Positions 14,423 to 27,290 of a stretch of 64,000 nt of DNA are shown piece after piece. The stretch comes from Octopus sinensis (Eukaryota). The stretch spans positions 62,001 to 126,000 of the forward strand of contig NC_043014.1 of the NCBI RefSeq assembly GCF_006345805.1. Reading direction: 5' to 3'. Under the pieces are notes generated by a model. The model had not been told where the DNA came from and did not search any database. It worked only from the letters and a program-made list of their open reading frames with translations. Each line of letters begins with the position of its first letter. The stretch's first letter is position 1. The position numbers and the translations under genes are program-made.

Positions 14423-15071
14423 CTTCTTCTCTTCTTCTTCTTCTTCTTCTTCTTCTTCTTTTCTTCTCCTCCTCCTCCTCCTCCTCCAGCCTTTCATAAA
14501 TCCAGTTTTATAAATGGATTCGTTGAAATACTTTCTTCGCCTGAATTCACTTTCAGTACTCACTTTGCTGCCTTATACATTGCCATATAAGGCGACTTAT
14601 ATGCATATACACTCGTGCAAACATTTACACACACATATGTCCATTCATTCAGATAGACAGACAGACACACGTCATCATCATCATCATCCTGTAATATCCA
14701 TTTTCAATGCTGGCATGGGGTGCACAGCTTGACCAGAGATAGCAAGTTTGCTGGTCCAAAGCAGACATGCAATTTATGTGAGTGTCTTTTCAAAACATTG
14801 CCTGCTTTAAAAATTCACATCAGACACCATGATAGATCTAAGGCTTCCAAAAGCATATTACTATTCGTATTACTACTTTTATTAGTAAAGTTTATGCTTT
14901 TGAAACTCATTATAACAGAAATCTATTTTATTAATCCTTTAATAATTCAAATTGCATGGGAACAAATATAATTTTATTTAAAACCTTATTTAAAAAGGTT
15001 TTTCAAATTATAAACAACAGAACAAAATTATAAACAAGTTATAAACAACAGTTACATTAAATTTCTATAAA

Positions 15072-15420
15072 TTAATGAGAACCTTGTCCCTGTAGATTTT
15101 TGTTTAATTTCTCAATATTAGGTGCATAATTTGAGGGTTTTAGCTTCCTGCAAAGTCCCAAATGTTGAATTGTCAGACAAATTCAAAACTCAAAACAGAT
15201 TGCATATGTGAAAAAATCTGTTCGCATGTATATGTTGAGCCAAAGGCTGAAAGCAGGGCATATGACATTTTCTTCAAAGAACTGAATTTTTCAGGCTACG
15301 ACATCCAGCAATTGAAGATGGCAACAGACTTCTCCAAGCAGCTTCTTTCAAGAGTTTTTCGTATTCCACAAATTTTGTTTTCACAATTCTGAAGTTGTTA
15401 ATTTTTGAAATTTGAGTCGG
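15072..15420 (-). mobile_element. hAT (Charlie/SPIN, GTF2IRD2/ZBED5-like) transposase C-terminal dimerisation-domain remnant
   Basis: Minus-strand translation ..PEKFSSLKKMSYALLSAFGSTYTCEQIFSHMQSVL.. ending NKNLQGQGSH*. Contains stops and frameshifts. Confidence 0.8.
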
Positions 15421-15571
15421 CTAGCCAGATAATTGTCTGGACCCCAGTTTTCTGGCATAGTTTCTATGGCCCGATGCCCTTCCTAAAACCAGCCACTTTA
15501 CAGAGTGTGGGTACTTTTTACATACCACTGCCACAGGTGCATTTATACAGCACTGGCATGATTGCATTCTC

Positions 15572-16150
15572 AGTGCAAATTTCATCTTTACCAGGTGATT
15601 TACCAAGATTCAACTTATTTATTGCTGTTACTTCCTTGTCTCTTGAGGGGGAAGAGTCCAAACAGCTGATGACAGGGGTCTGTTGAATAGTGTCAATTAA
15701 TGCATCATTTACAACTGACTTATGGTTTACAAATTCAGAGAAATGTTCAATCCACTGACTTCTGATTTCTATTGATTTAGTAAGTTTGGATACAGCTCTC
15801 CTTGGAAAGCAAAGGAGCTGATGCTGAACGCTTAGGCATATAAACTTGCTTCATAAGATGATAGAGCCTCTGGATGTTATTTGCATTAGTGGTGGTTTGA
15901 ATATCACAAGTAAGACCTTCCAACAGATATTCGGCATTTTCCTAAAATTTTGCCACTCTAAAGATTTTGTATTCTTATAATGGTTAAGTGCTAGATTCTA
16001 CTGCACATCTGATGGTTCTCTGTGCAATACACCGTAGGTATTATATTTTGCAGAGTCTCAGTACCTCAGCAGATTCTGTGGGAAGCACCAGTCATATGCC
16101 ATTTTGAATTACCGATTTTGTAAAATTCATGTATTCATCTGAAGAAAGAT
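15572..16150 (-). mobile_element. RTE-clade LINE fragment (endonuclease-RT linker)
   Basis: Minus strand ..DIQTTTNANNIQRLYHLMKQVYMPKRSASAPLLSK.. / ..RSQWIEHFSEFVNHKSVVNDALIDTIQQTP.. / ..KKLNLGKSPGKDEI. Confidence 0.7.
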
Positions 16151-16224
16151 GATTTTATAAGGATGCAATGTACTCATTGATCAATTACAAAATTCGTTAG
16201 AAATGGCTGTAATGAATCGACACC

Positions 16225-16439
16225 TTTTATTCTTTTATTTGTTTCAGTCATTTGACTGCAGCCATGCTGGAGCACCACCTTTAGCCAAACAAATTGACCC
16301 CAGGAATTATTCTTTGTTAGCCTAGTACTCAATCTATCTGTCTCTTTTGCCGAACTGCTAAGTTATGGGGGCGTAAACACACCAACAATGGTTGTCAAGT
16401 GATGGTGGAGGGACAAACACAGACACACAAACATATGTA

Positions 16440-16472
<33 letters not shown>

Positions 16473-16630
16473 CGATGGGCTTCTTTCAGTTTCCGTCTAC
16501 CAAATCCACTCACAAGGCTTTGGTCGACCTGAGCCTATAGCAGAAGACACTTGCCCAAGGTGCCACGTAGTGGGACTGAACTTGGAACCATGTGGTTGGT
16601 GAGCAAGCTACTTACCACACAGCCACTCCT
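16225..16630 (-). mobile_element. tRNA-derived SINE family B
   Basis: Minus-strand head aggagtggctgtgtggtaagtagcttgct..ccaaccacatggttcc..gttcagtcccac..ggcaccttgggcaagtg. Same family as 27616 and 59453. Confidence 0.9.
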
Positions 16631-16871
16631 GTCCATCAATTGTTTCCTATTTATTTCTAATTCACCTATCTCAGAACATGTCCCTTGCATATTCCAAAGT
16701 ATATTATGGACTGTGTATATTTAATAAAATGCACATGTCGGAAGAGCTCAAAAGTGGATTAAATATTCAGTTGAGTCCAATCTAACTGCATACATTATCC
16801 GAATATCATTCTGCCAGAACTGCTGTACCAAGGTTGGTAAAGTACCTTATTCCACTGAATCTTGTCTATAT

Positions 16872-16933
<62 letters not shown>

Positions 16934-17035
16934 GTGTGTGTGTGTACAGTGAAGGTATGGAGTGCTCAGCCACTTACTCATTAACTTCACAAGCAGGCTA
17001 TTCAATTGATCAGATCCACTGGAACACTCATGTGT

Positions 17036-17110
<75 letters not shown>

Positions 17111-17129
17111 TTGTATGCATGTATGTTTG

Positions 17130-17420
17130 GGAGACTGCAGCAGTCTGACTTGCCAGGAAAGGACCCCGTAATGCTGAACAGGAATACAAATTGCACAAAT
17201 CAGAGATCAACTGGAAAAAGCGCAATAGATCATCCAACCACCTCAAGCAGGTGACAAAAAATGCAAAGCTTGAATTTGAACAATGCATAGCAACCAACCC
17301 TGACTGCAAAGTGTTCTGGAAGTATGTACACTCAAAGCAGAGACCTCATTCTCCAATTGGTCCCCTTCACAATCCCCACACTGGCAATCCCAAAGAATGT
17401 GCAGAAATCATTGGAAATAC
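17130..17420 (+). mobile_element. CR1-type LINE ORF2 linker fragment
   Basis: ..NHLKQVTKNAKLEFEQCIATNPDCKVFWKYVHSKQRPHSPIGPLHNPHTG..KECAEII matches the K.FW.YV.SK....IGPL linker pattern. Confidence 0.7.
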
Positions 17421-17535
17421 TGCTAAGCATTTCACCCAACGTGCTAACATTTCTGCCAGCTTGCTGCCTTTCATGTTTTCAATATTATCAATTCTATGAG
17501 TGTCTATGTGCCTGTGAGAGAGAGAGAGAGAGTGT

Positions 17536-17615
<80 letters not shown>

Positions 17616-17629
17616 ACACATTCGTTACA

Positions 17630-19619
17630 TCTATAGTAAATTATAGTAAAGGACATTTTAAGCCGTTTTGATGAGCCCACATCTAATGAAGTAGCCATCT
17701 TTATGGTAGGTGATCTCCATGAAAATTGTGATATTCTCTTTTGTACTCGAGATAACAACCTTAAATGTGTTTCAGAGACTCATCCCTTTTATGATGCTCT
17801 CCAGTATCCTCTTATTCTGTGGAATGGACAAGATGGATATAATTTCAATATTCCACAGACTGAACCTGCAACAGGAAAGCCAATTACAAACAAAGAGATG
17901 TCAAAAATGACTTCTATTCTTACCAACTGATGTTAAGACCAGAACAATCAAATCAATTACACGTGTATCATGATCTGCTTCAGCAATTCCTGCTTGATAT
18001 GTATTCTAAAGTTGAGAGTCAGCATCTCCTCTACATTCGTAACAATCAAAAAAAAGTTAAGGGCTAAAAATTATGTTCATCTCCAAGATACTCTGGAGAT
18101 AGATGGTGATATTAAAAACATGGGGCAACTTATAATCCTCCCATCATCCTTCACAGGTGGTCCTCGATATATGCAAGAACAAACACAAGATGTTATGACA
18201 TATGGCAGGATATATGGGAAACCAGATCTTTTTGTCACTTTCACCTGCAATCCTAAATGGGAGAAAATAAAATCTAACCGTCTTCCAGTGCTGCATCTTC
18301 TAGTATTGCAGCTACCCTCCTCAATGGGGAAAGAACTGTTCATTCTATATCCAAGCTCCCTCTAAACCTTGCAATGAAAGAACCTCAAATGTGCAACATT
18401 TCCAAAATACTCTGCAATGGCAACAGATCTCCAACAAACTTGCCTCATTGTCTGGGATGAGTGCACTATCACATTGTGGAGCTCCAGAGGTACTTGACCG
18501 TACCCTCCAAGACATAAAAAACAATAGCAGGCTCATGGGGGGGAGTAACAGTTCTTCTTGTAGAAGATCTTCGTCAAACATTGCCAGTTATCTCCAAAGG
18601 ATCAAAAGCTGATGAGGTCAATGCATGCTTCAAAAAATCGTATCTTTGGAAACATGCGAAAAAACTTCATCTTACAAACATCAGAGTACTACTACAAGGT
18701 GATCGTATGAGCTTCTTAAGATTGGTGAAGGGATATTAGCATTCAACTCAAGACTTTAGCTACATGAAATTACATGCAATCAAATGATACTTTCTCTTAG
18801 GGATCTTATGAATAAAGTATTTCCTAATTTATCAGTAAATTACACTGATGTAAACTGACTATGTGAAACAGATATACAAGCTTCAACTAATGAAATGGTT
18901 GATAAACACAATCATGAATTTCTTCAAAAGTTAACAGGTACATCAGAAATGACTTTTCAATCAACTGACAACAGCCGGCCAAGATTAGGTTGTTTGATTC
19001 CCTGTCGAATTTCTGAATACACATAAACCCACTGGGATGCCACTTGACACTAAAACTGGATGCTCCCATTATGTTGCTTAGAAATCTTGACCCATCTCAC
19101 CTGTGTAATGGAACTCGCTTAATTGTTACTTCCATGAAGCCTCATGTCCTACAGGTAACAATCACAACAGGTAGTCACAAAGGAGAAAATGTCTTTATTC
19201 CAAAAATTCCTCTCATACCTACAGATGTTTCATTTGAATTTAAGATATTTCAGTTTCCAGTCAAATTAAGTTTTGGTATTTCAATTAACAAATCTCAGGG
19301 GTCAATCTCTCAAGGTAGTTGCACTTAATCTCTCTACTACATGCTTCTCCCATGGCCAACTCTATGTTACTTGCTCACGAGTTGGAAGCAGCAACAATTT
19401 ATTCATTTGGACATAAACAAAAAAATTACACAATGAATATTGTTTATCCTGAGGTGTTAAAACACCTAGTTTGAAACTCTATTATCATTACAACTTGGAT
19501 ACTTTAAAAATAAAATATAGATATTTTGAAATAATTATGACAATATATCATTATATTTATTGTTTACTAATCTGAATAAGAACAGCATTAACCTTGGCAA
19601 TGCCAGGTCATTCAGCTGG
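17630..19619 (+). mobile_element. internally deleted Helitron (Rep + PIF1-like helicase pseudogene) with both termini
   Basis: Rep: YDALQYPL, ILPSSFTGGPRYM, GKPDLFVTFTCNPKW. Helicase: IAATLL, WDEC, DLRQTLPV, PIMLLRNLDPSHLCNGTRL, QFPVKLSFGISINKSQG, FSHGQLYVTCSRV, NIVYPEVL. 3' hairpin ccttggcaatgccagg (19592-19607) then CTGG|T at 19616-19620. Candidate 5' end A|TCTATAG at 17629-17631. Confidence 0.9.
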
Positions 19620-19638
19620 TGTGTGTGTGTGTGTGTGG

Positions 19639-19669
<31 letters not shown>

Positions 19670-19739
19670 TGTGTGTGTGTGTGTTGTGTGTGTGTGTGTG
19701 TGTATGTGTGCGTGTGTTGCAACGAAAGACTGGCCCAAG

Positions 19740-20175
19740 CTATGTCTAACTTAATAAGCACCACCTGTTAGAATTCACTAAATCCTTTGTAAGTCAAGTC
19801 TTGTGGTGCCATGGCCCATTCTAGTAGGGATTTCTTGTTGAGTGGGTTGTATCTAGGTAGAGGTGGCTTATTTGGTATCCCTTGAAGAAATTTGTCCAGT
19901 TTCCGTTTAAAGGTAACAGGATATTATTCCTCTTTGATTTGTTTTGGGAAAATGTTAAATAGGGTAGGGTTTGTTGAGGAAAAGAAATTGTATTGCAGAG
20001 TATTTATGTGTTGTGATCCTGAATTGGGTAGGGGACGCATGGCCTGTGGTCCTAGCCTTGGATAAATTCTGAAACTAATGTTCAGCTCGTTTGGGCAATA
20101 CTGGGGGTATATTCTCCAAATTGTGCAAATGATGTATTGCTGCCAGGGGTGCTGGGGAGAATAGAGTTTCAATGT
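19740..20175 (-). mobile_element. CR1-type LINE 3' end
   Basis: Minus strand ..NTLQYNFFSSTNPTLFNIFPKQIKEE*YPVTFKRKLDKFLQGIPNKP matches the LFN.LP..I....FK..LDKFL..IP C-terminus. Confidence 0.7.
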
Positions 20176-21102
20176 ATGCACACGCACACACATACACACA
20201 CACACGCATACACGCCTACACACATACATACACGCATATATATACTTACATACTAACATAAATACATATAGATACATATACACATGCATATATATGTGCA
20301 TATAAACACACACACACACACATTCTCACTTAAACGTAGATGTTTTGTTAGAACCGACTTTACTGCATTAGATGAGAATTTCTCAAGCGGTATCGAAGTA
20401 AAGTAACTGGGAATAAATTTTATCTCTCAGTTTTAATACTGACTCTCGCAAAAATATTTTTTACACGCACACACATACATACATATATACATACATACAT
20501 ATACATAAATATATTTACATGTATGCGTGCACGCGCGCACGAAGAGTAACAAACTTTCAGGCGATTCAAGGTTAACGTGGTATATTTCTGTGCAAGCGAA
20601 GCTGGTTTATAATACAACAGTGAGGTGAGCCCCACCCACTTTACACGGATAGTAGGGTGTGACTACATAACCAATTCTCTCGTACCTAAGTTGTTAGGGT
20701 AGTCATTAAGCTGTAGTCAAGCTCCACAACTATAAATATATTTGTGTTCGCGCGCGTCTGTTAGTGTATATGTGGGTGTGTCTATTCGGCTGTTGTACGC
20801 GTCTGTGTGTGTGTGTGTGTGTATGCGTGTGTGTGTGTGTGTGTGTGTTACTTATATAAACCAGTTTACCTTTTTAAACCTAACACAAAACATTCACTTG
20901 GTTAGTCTGAAATATTTGTTTATCTTCTATGATGATTCACACTTCACCTTCACACACACACACACGCACACACACTCGTACAATATCCATACACACATAC
21001 ACAAACACACACACATATATATGTATGCATGTATGTACATATCATCATCCTCATCGTTTAACGTCCGCCTTCTATGCTAGCATGGATTAGATCCGACAGG
21101 GG

Positions 21103-21196
<94 letters not shown>

Positions 21197-21707
21197 GCAC
21201 ACACACACATATGCCCTCATGCATATACTCAATACACATACATAGTTGCACCCACGAGAATACACATGCATATATACTAACGCATGTGTATACAGGGACA
21301 GACCCAAGAAGGGGTGACTGAAGGACGCGTGCTCCATTCAAGGAAAGAAATGCGCCCTTCTAAATAATGATATTACGTCCTTTTGTCCAGGAATTGTATT
21401 CCCTTCTGGCCTTATGTCCTTTCTTCGAAAAATTCCTAGGACCGCGCCTGGTATACATGTTTTATTCTGTTGTATAGTCGGTTTCCAAACAAATTCTGGC
21501 CATAATAGAGCACTGTATATGGTATGTATGTATGTATGTATGTATGTATGTATGTATGTATGTATGTATGTATGTATGTATAACAAATACAAAAATGGGA
21601 CAAGAACGCAAAACATTCAGGTGATACAAAAAAAGGGACAACGAAACATTCAGATAGACGATACAAAGAAAGCAAAGACGGGTCATTCGGAGTTTTCTTT
21701 CCTCTGT

Positions 21708-21768
<61 letters not shown>

Positions 21769-21936
21769 CGGACGGGTGGAATGGATGGAGGGAGGGAGGA
21801 ATGTTCTCTTCGATTTTTAATTATTTGAAATCTTCGTTTGAGGAAGGAACTGGTTTCTAACAAAAGTACGAAGCTCTATCGTTTGAATGTTAATAACAAA
21901 AACAAAGTCACATTTTGAACTTGAGAAAAGTTTCAA

Positions 21937-22368
21937 AGGCGGCGAGCTGGCAGAAACGTTAGCACGTCGGGCGAAATGCTTAGCAATATTTCGTCTGCCG
22001 CTACAAACTAAGTTCACATTCCGCCAAGGTCGACTTTGCCTTCCATCCTCTCGGGGTCGATAAATTAAGTACCAGTTACGCACTGGGGTCGATATAATCG
22101 ACTTAATCCGTTTGTCTGTCCTTGTTTGTCCTCTCTGTGTTTAGCCCCTTGTGGGCAGTAAAGAAATAAGAAACGTTAGCACGCCGGGCGAAATGCTTAG
22201 CAGTACATCGTCTGTCTTTTCGTTCTGAGTTCAAATTTTGCCGAGGTCGACTCTACCTTTCCCCCTTTCGGGATCGAAAATTAAATACCAGTTAAGTACT
22301 GGGGTCGATCTAATCGACTGGCCCCACCTCCCCAAAATTCAGGCTTTGTGCCTAGAGTAGAAAAGATT
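21937..22368 (+). mobile_element. two tandem SINE family A copies (CpG intact)
   Basis: Full head at 21937; a second, head-truncated copy starts at ~22170. Confidence 0.9.
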
Positions 22369-22374
22369 CTTATG

Positions 22375-22660
22375 CTGTTTCACTCACAGATTGTTTCTTA
22401 ATTAGCGTGTTAGCTGCTTGATTTCTTTTTCTGAAAACCCTAGCTTATCCAGGTTGTTACTGAATGATTCTCTCACAAAACCAAGTACACCAATTATTAT
22501 TGGTATAAATGTTAATTTATAAACCGAAGGTTTCGAAACAATAGTCCCTAGTTGTTCTCTTTCTCTTTGGTTTTCGAAAAGATATTCACTCCAACAGAGC
22601 AACTGACCTCTCTGACCGTACAAACTTTAGTTTGTCTGTGCCAAGAGAGAATATCTTTGC
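22375..22660 (-). mobile_element. C-terminal fragment of an RLE-type (R4/Dong/NeSL-like) non-LTR retrotransposon
   Basis: YKLTFIPIIIGVLGFVRESFSNNLDKLGFSEKEIKQLTR resembles the PIIIGALG motif downstream of restriction-like endonuclease domains. Confidence 0.6.
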
Positions 22661-22663
22661 ACT

Positions 22664-24530
22664 TGGTAGAAGTTTTGATGGAAGGGTGTAGTGTGAGGTT
22701 AGTGTAATGCGGGGAACAAAATGCGATTCCCAGTGTCCGCTGTCCAGCAGTATTAAATCCAAGACGTGCCCCACCCGTCTCACCTATCGCTAGTGGCTAC
22801 TGCTAAAGCCCTGTCTCACCCCACGCGTCCACGTGCATCCGTTCACCACGACTAGCCCGAGGCTGAAGAGTACCAAGCTGGTGCTATTTCCCTCACTTCC
22901 TCTTCCGGTGAAGCCCCCCGGCCGTTGACATAACTGCCCTTTCCTTCTGGTTCACCTCATTTCCAACCCCCACCCCTGATCTCAAAGACCACCTCCTCAC
23001 TTTACTCCATGTTGAAATTTGTCATCCACCCGGGCGGACATCTCACTCGCTGTGATCTCGGCAGGGATGGAGCGCCGATCGCTTGCTCTATTCCACCTTC
23101 GTCGTCCGACGAAGCGACAATTCTGCGAACATCCAAGACGTGACGTGGCATTCCATCCACGGAAACACTATCTTTGGAATTAACTGCCGTCATTGTTCCT
23201 CTGTTCCATTGAGATGTGCAGCGTGCTTTCGGGGGTTTGATCCTGACTTCATCTCCCACCTGCACGAACGCAGGCCCTCTCTCTACCGCAGGCCCTCTCT
23301 CTACCGCAGGGTATTCTGAAGTCATTCTCGGGTGCTACCATTCATACCTGAATATAGCTCTGTGTGGCACGGACTCTGCGCCCTGTCCTGATCGGAGTGA
23401 CATATTGTACCAGAATACCGCTTCCAGTGGTGAGGTGAGTCCCCTCTCCGCCACAGTCTTGATCATGTGATGGTGTCTCTCCAAGATTCCATTTCCACTC
23501 GGCCTGTATGCCGCTCTGAAGAAGCATACAGGCTACTTATCCGAACGAAATGCAGTGCCGTTGTCCATCGGTAATTCGTCCATAGGGCCTCGCTCCAGGA
23601 ATATCTCGTTCAAGATGCGTGCAACAGTCTTCATTTCTTTCCATATGGCCATCCGACCCCGTCCACAGTCGACCATCGAGAGATACATTTCCAGTCGGTA
23701 GTGTGTCACATCTACCGCCAGTCGTCTCCAGTTGTGTTTTACTGAGATGTTTCCCAGCACGAGCACGCCCGGAGCAGGGTCGATGGACTGACACCTATCA
23801 CTGCTCCCGACTACTTTCTGAATGCAGAAAGTCAACCTTCCTGGCAAGATACAGGGTTCTATTCACACCCATATGATACATGGTATGCGGTCTCCTTAGT
23901 TCTTCCCAATTTGGGCACATACCAGCTTCCTCTTACTGGGTCTTCTGCTCTCACCCTTTCTGGAACCTCCTGTATCATCGCCACCGTCCTCTCTCCTACT
24001 TTGTCTCCCCAGCTTGCTTCATCTGCTCGTCTCTTGACATAACTGCATGCTGTTCGAAGCCACCACGCGATTGGATAGTGACCCACCAGTTCTCCATACA
24101 TCGAGAATAACTCTCGTCTGTTGATGCTGGTACTCAGTTCTGGAATCTCGTTTCCTCTCCGAAACACGCCTGTTTTGTCTCTTTGAAGCTTGAGCCCCAG
24201 TTCAGCTCCTCCAACCATTGGCTCCGGTGGTTTCGCTGTCTACCCGAACTTCTTTAACCCATGACCTCTGCGGCAGACACTACAGTCTTGTCAACCATGA
24301 TGTCACCTATATAGAAATTGGTGGCCTTTTTCACCTTGTCCACCTTTCCCAGGGTAGATTTGAACACTGCTGCCAGCTCTCAGTGTTTTGAGATCTATTA
24401 CCATCACGACGAAAGCGTCTTTTTTCTTTCTTTTTTGGCAAAGAAAGGTGCTTGTTGCCAAAATTGCTTTTCTCCACAAATGGGGTGCACTTTCTGCCAG
24501 TATTTTTATAGCCATTTCATATGTCCGACA
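22664..24530 (-). mobile_element. Gypsy LTR retrotransposon remnant: 3' LTR, PPT, integrase and deleted gag/pol pieces
   Basis: Integrase CQSIDPAP..WRRLAVDVTHY..MVDCG..ERGP..MDNGTAFRS..YRPSGNGIL..PLEAVFWYN. PPT aggggtgggggt (+22966-22977) abuts an LTR reading TG...CA (22664-22965). Gag/pol fragments extend to ~24530. No 5' LTR seen. Confidence 0.85.
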
Positions 24531-24644
24531 GAAGAGTCATCACGAGTTGTTTCATATCACCGAAGTAGCTTCAGGTTTATATGCAAAGCCCAAGTAAAAT
24601 GAGAAGAGTATAAAGCGTCTCCTTCGATCGATCACTGGCGCTGC

Positions 24645-24713
24645 GGTACTGTTTGCATTGGTGCCGTGGTACTGTTTGCATTGGTGCCGTGGTACTGTTT
24701 GCATTGGTGCCGC
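24645..24713. repeat. 3 x 23-bp tandem repeat (ggtactgtttgcattggtgccgt)
   Basis: Units at 24645, 24668 and 24691 with no spacers. Confidence 0.95.
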
Positions 24714-25499
24714 TGTTATTGGTTGCAGTCTTGATCGCAACCAGCGAAATGCGGCACCATTGCAAATGCTACACCTGGCATCGGGTTTATCGTTTTTTAA
24801 TCGGTCTGAATAACGCTAGACTGGGATGTAAAAGTAGTTTCTCTGATTTATTATTGGAGAAATAAACCAGTTACAGACTTAGGCTCGAAGAGTCAGCATT
24901 ATTGTAGAAGGAAACGTTAGGAAGACATTTTAGATGGTCGTCTGCACCTCTCATGTTGATGGCACCATGCTTATGTATGTATATGTGTGTGTATGACTGT
25001 ACGTGTGTAGTGTGTATGTACATATGTATATATGTGTGTATGTATGTGGTTATGTATGTACATATGTGTGCAGGCATGTATGTGTATGTATATATGTATA
25101 CATGTGTATGCTTGTATGTATGTTTGTCTAAGTATGTCTGTATATGTATGCATGCACGCATGTATGTATATATGTATGTATCGTGTGTGTGCGCGCGTGC
25201 ATGTATGTAGAGAAAAATTAATCTTAGATTAGTCATAGACCAAAACAACATCGACAGTTATCTCCACATCCATCAAGGGCTGACTAATAAAATGAAGGAT
25301 CTATTTGAAGGGCCCCTCTTAGCGACTATCTAAACAATAATAAATGACGGCGGCTTCATTATCACAGCTTGAACGTTTGAGGTAGTTTTTACACAATACC
25401 ATGATGTCATCTCTGTTTGGTGTACAGAGATGATAGGGATGTAGAATGACGAAGAGGAAAGCTAACCAGACGAGGGCCTAGCAGTCAGATGACGATGCT

Positions 25500-26600
25500 G
25501 ATCAGGCAGATTTTATCTTCACCAAGAAACGGAATAAGCAAGCTGGTTGTGAACCCGAATGTTTTCCTAGTTAAGAATGTACTAACCAACATAAAATAGA
25601 GATGAGCGACTGCAGAGTAAGAGATAATGGGTTCAAAGACAAAAGATTATCTGGAAAATAAGGATATGAAAATTTAAAGAACCCTCAGTCGATCGCAGAT
25701 TCAGAGATATTCTCATAAACGTTGATGACAAAAGAGGGGGCGAAATGGAGACTTACAGTACAGAGGACAAGTAGGGGACAAGTTGTTGAGAGCTGCGAGC
25801 CAGATCTGTGTCCGGTAAAAGATTGTAGTAAGAGAAGCAGGTTATTTAGTGATGAAATAGTTCAGGGGAGAGCCATCAAAGCTCAAAATAAGGTTTGAAA
25901 AGATTAGAATATAAGGAGCAACTAAGAGTAATATAAAGCTGCTCGTAGAGAAGCAACACATTGGATCTATATCTGGAATGTTCTACAACGTAAGGATGAT
26001 CGAATACAAGTGCTGATTCAGATTGTAAAACTAGAGAAAGTTGAGATGTCGTTGGAGAGAAGTGCATTTCGAAAAACTGTTGAATGAGGAAAATGCGAGA
26101 GAGAGAGAAGGTCTACCCCGTGTTTACTAAACATAGAGACCAACCATCCAAGTTGACAGTAATGCAGCAAATAGAATGTTTGGGGGTTTGGAAGCCAAGA
26201 GCAAACCGAAGGTCACACAAGTTGTGACTAATGCGTGATTAGTCACACAAGTTGCATAGGAAGGTGTCAAAGACTATGGCTGATGTGAGCAGTGACACGG
26301 TCAACTGCCACAAGGGCAAAGAAAATACACATAAGAGAGGAAATGACAGAGACATGCATTTGATGGAGTAGGTTCTGAAAGTTTCTGATTTCTAGCCAAA
26401 AGGATTAGGATCAGAATTAACCATGCCGAAATGCAATCTGGCTTTGTGATAGGGAAGAGATACTAGCGATGTTCTCTTCCTAATGAGACCACAACAGGAG
26501 AAGTACTTAACTAAAAGTAAGCCACTGTATCTAGTATTGGCCACCTGAAGAAGGCTTTCAACTGGATTTTCGTTCAGTAAGCTGATAGTTACTAAGGAAA
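25500..26600 (+). mobile_element. degenerate RTE-clade LINE (endonuclease end, linker, start of RT)
   Basis: caggcagattttatcttcaccaagaaa (Q.DFIFTK), then ..EMQSGFV..STSDVLFLMRPQQEKYLTKSKPLYL..KKAF. Same family as 61990-64000. Confidence 0.75.
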
Positions 26601-27197
26601 CTAGGAGTCGACGATTTGCGAGAGCAGTGCATACCATGTAAAAAGATGCGGTTAGCAAGGTGAGAGTCAGCAAGATGCAGAGCAACGAGATTATCGTGCA
26701 TCTGCGTATCCATATTTATCGGCTGCAGAAACCCGCGATATACTGAGAAGTCCGCGATATAAATTTACATATATTAGCCACAAAAGTCCGCGAGGTACTG
26801 AGTGCGTCATAGATGGACCGCGATATGACGAGAGATTACTGTATTTATATTTTACTGTTCAATTCATGCACTCCAGCCCGACCAACTCTTAGCGAACACA
26901 ATACCGTTTATATTTTGAAAATAAGTTACCACATCAAATTCAAATGCTTATTCGTCAAAATGGATGATATCAAATCATATATTACATGTACCATTACAAT
27001 TCTATTCCAGTCTTGATTACAACTGTCCAACGAATGCGAACGTAAAACTCTGAGTAACAGTTTTTTGCGATGCTTTTGTAGCTTTAATAAAAAAAAGTGC
27101 ATATTACTCTACCTTCGGTATTCGAGTTCTGGTTTTTCCACTTTGTTTTGCACTTCTGTGCTTACTCGTGCGCGCGCGCGTTTATGTATGCATGTAT

Positions 27198-27290
<93 letters not shown>

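Noticed and set aside
11761-22170. Inverted pair of near-identical SINE A copies
   Set aside because: They are 10 kb apart and explained by ordinary young family members.
24645-24713. CRISPR-like direct repeats
   Set aside because: The units are contiguous with no spacers, there are no cas genes, and the context is eukaryotic.
24530-25000. 5' LTR of the Gypsy element
   Set aside because: No sequence similar to 22664-22965 was found.
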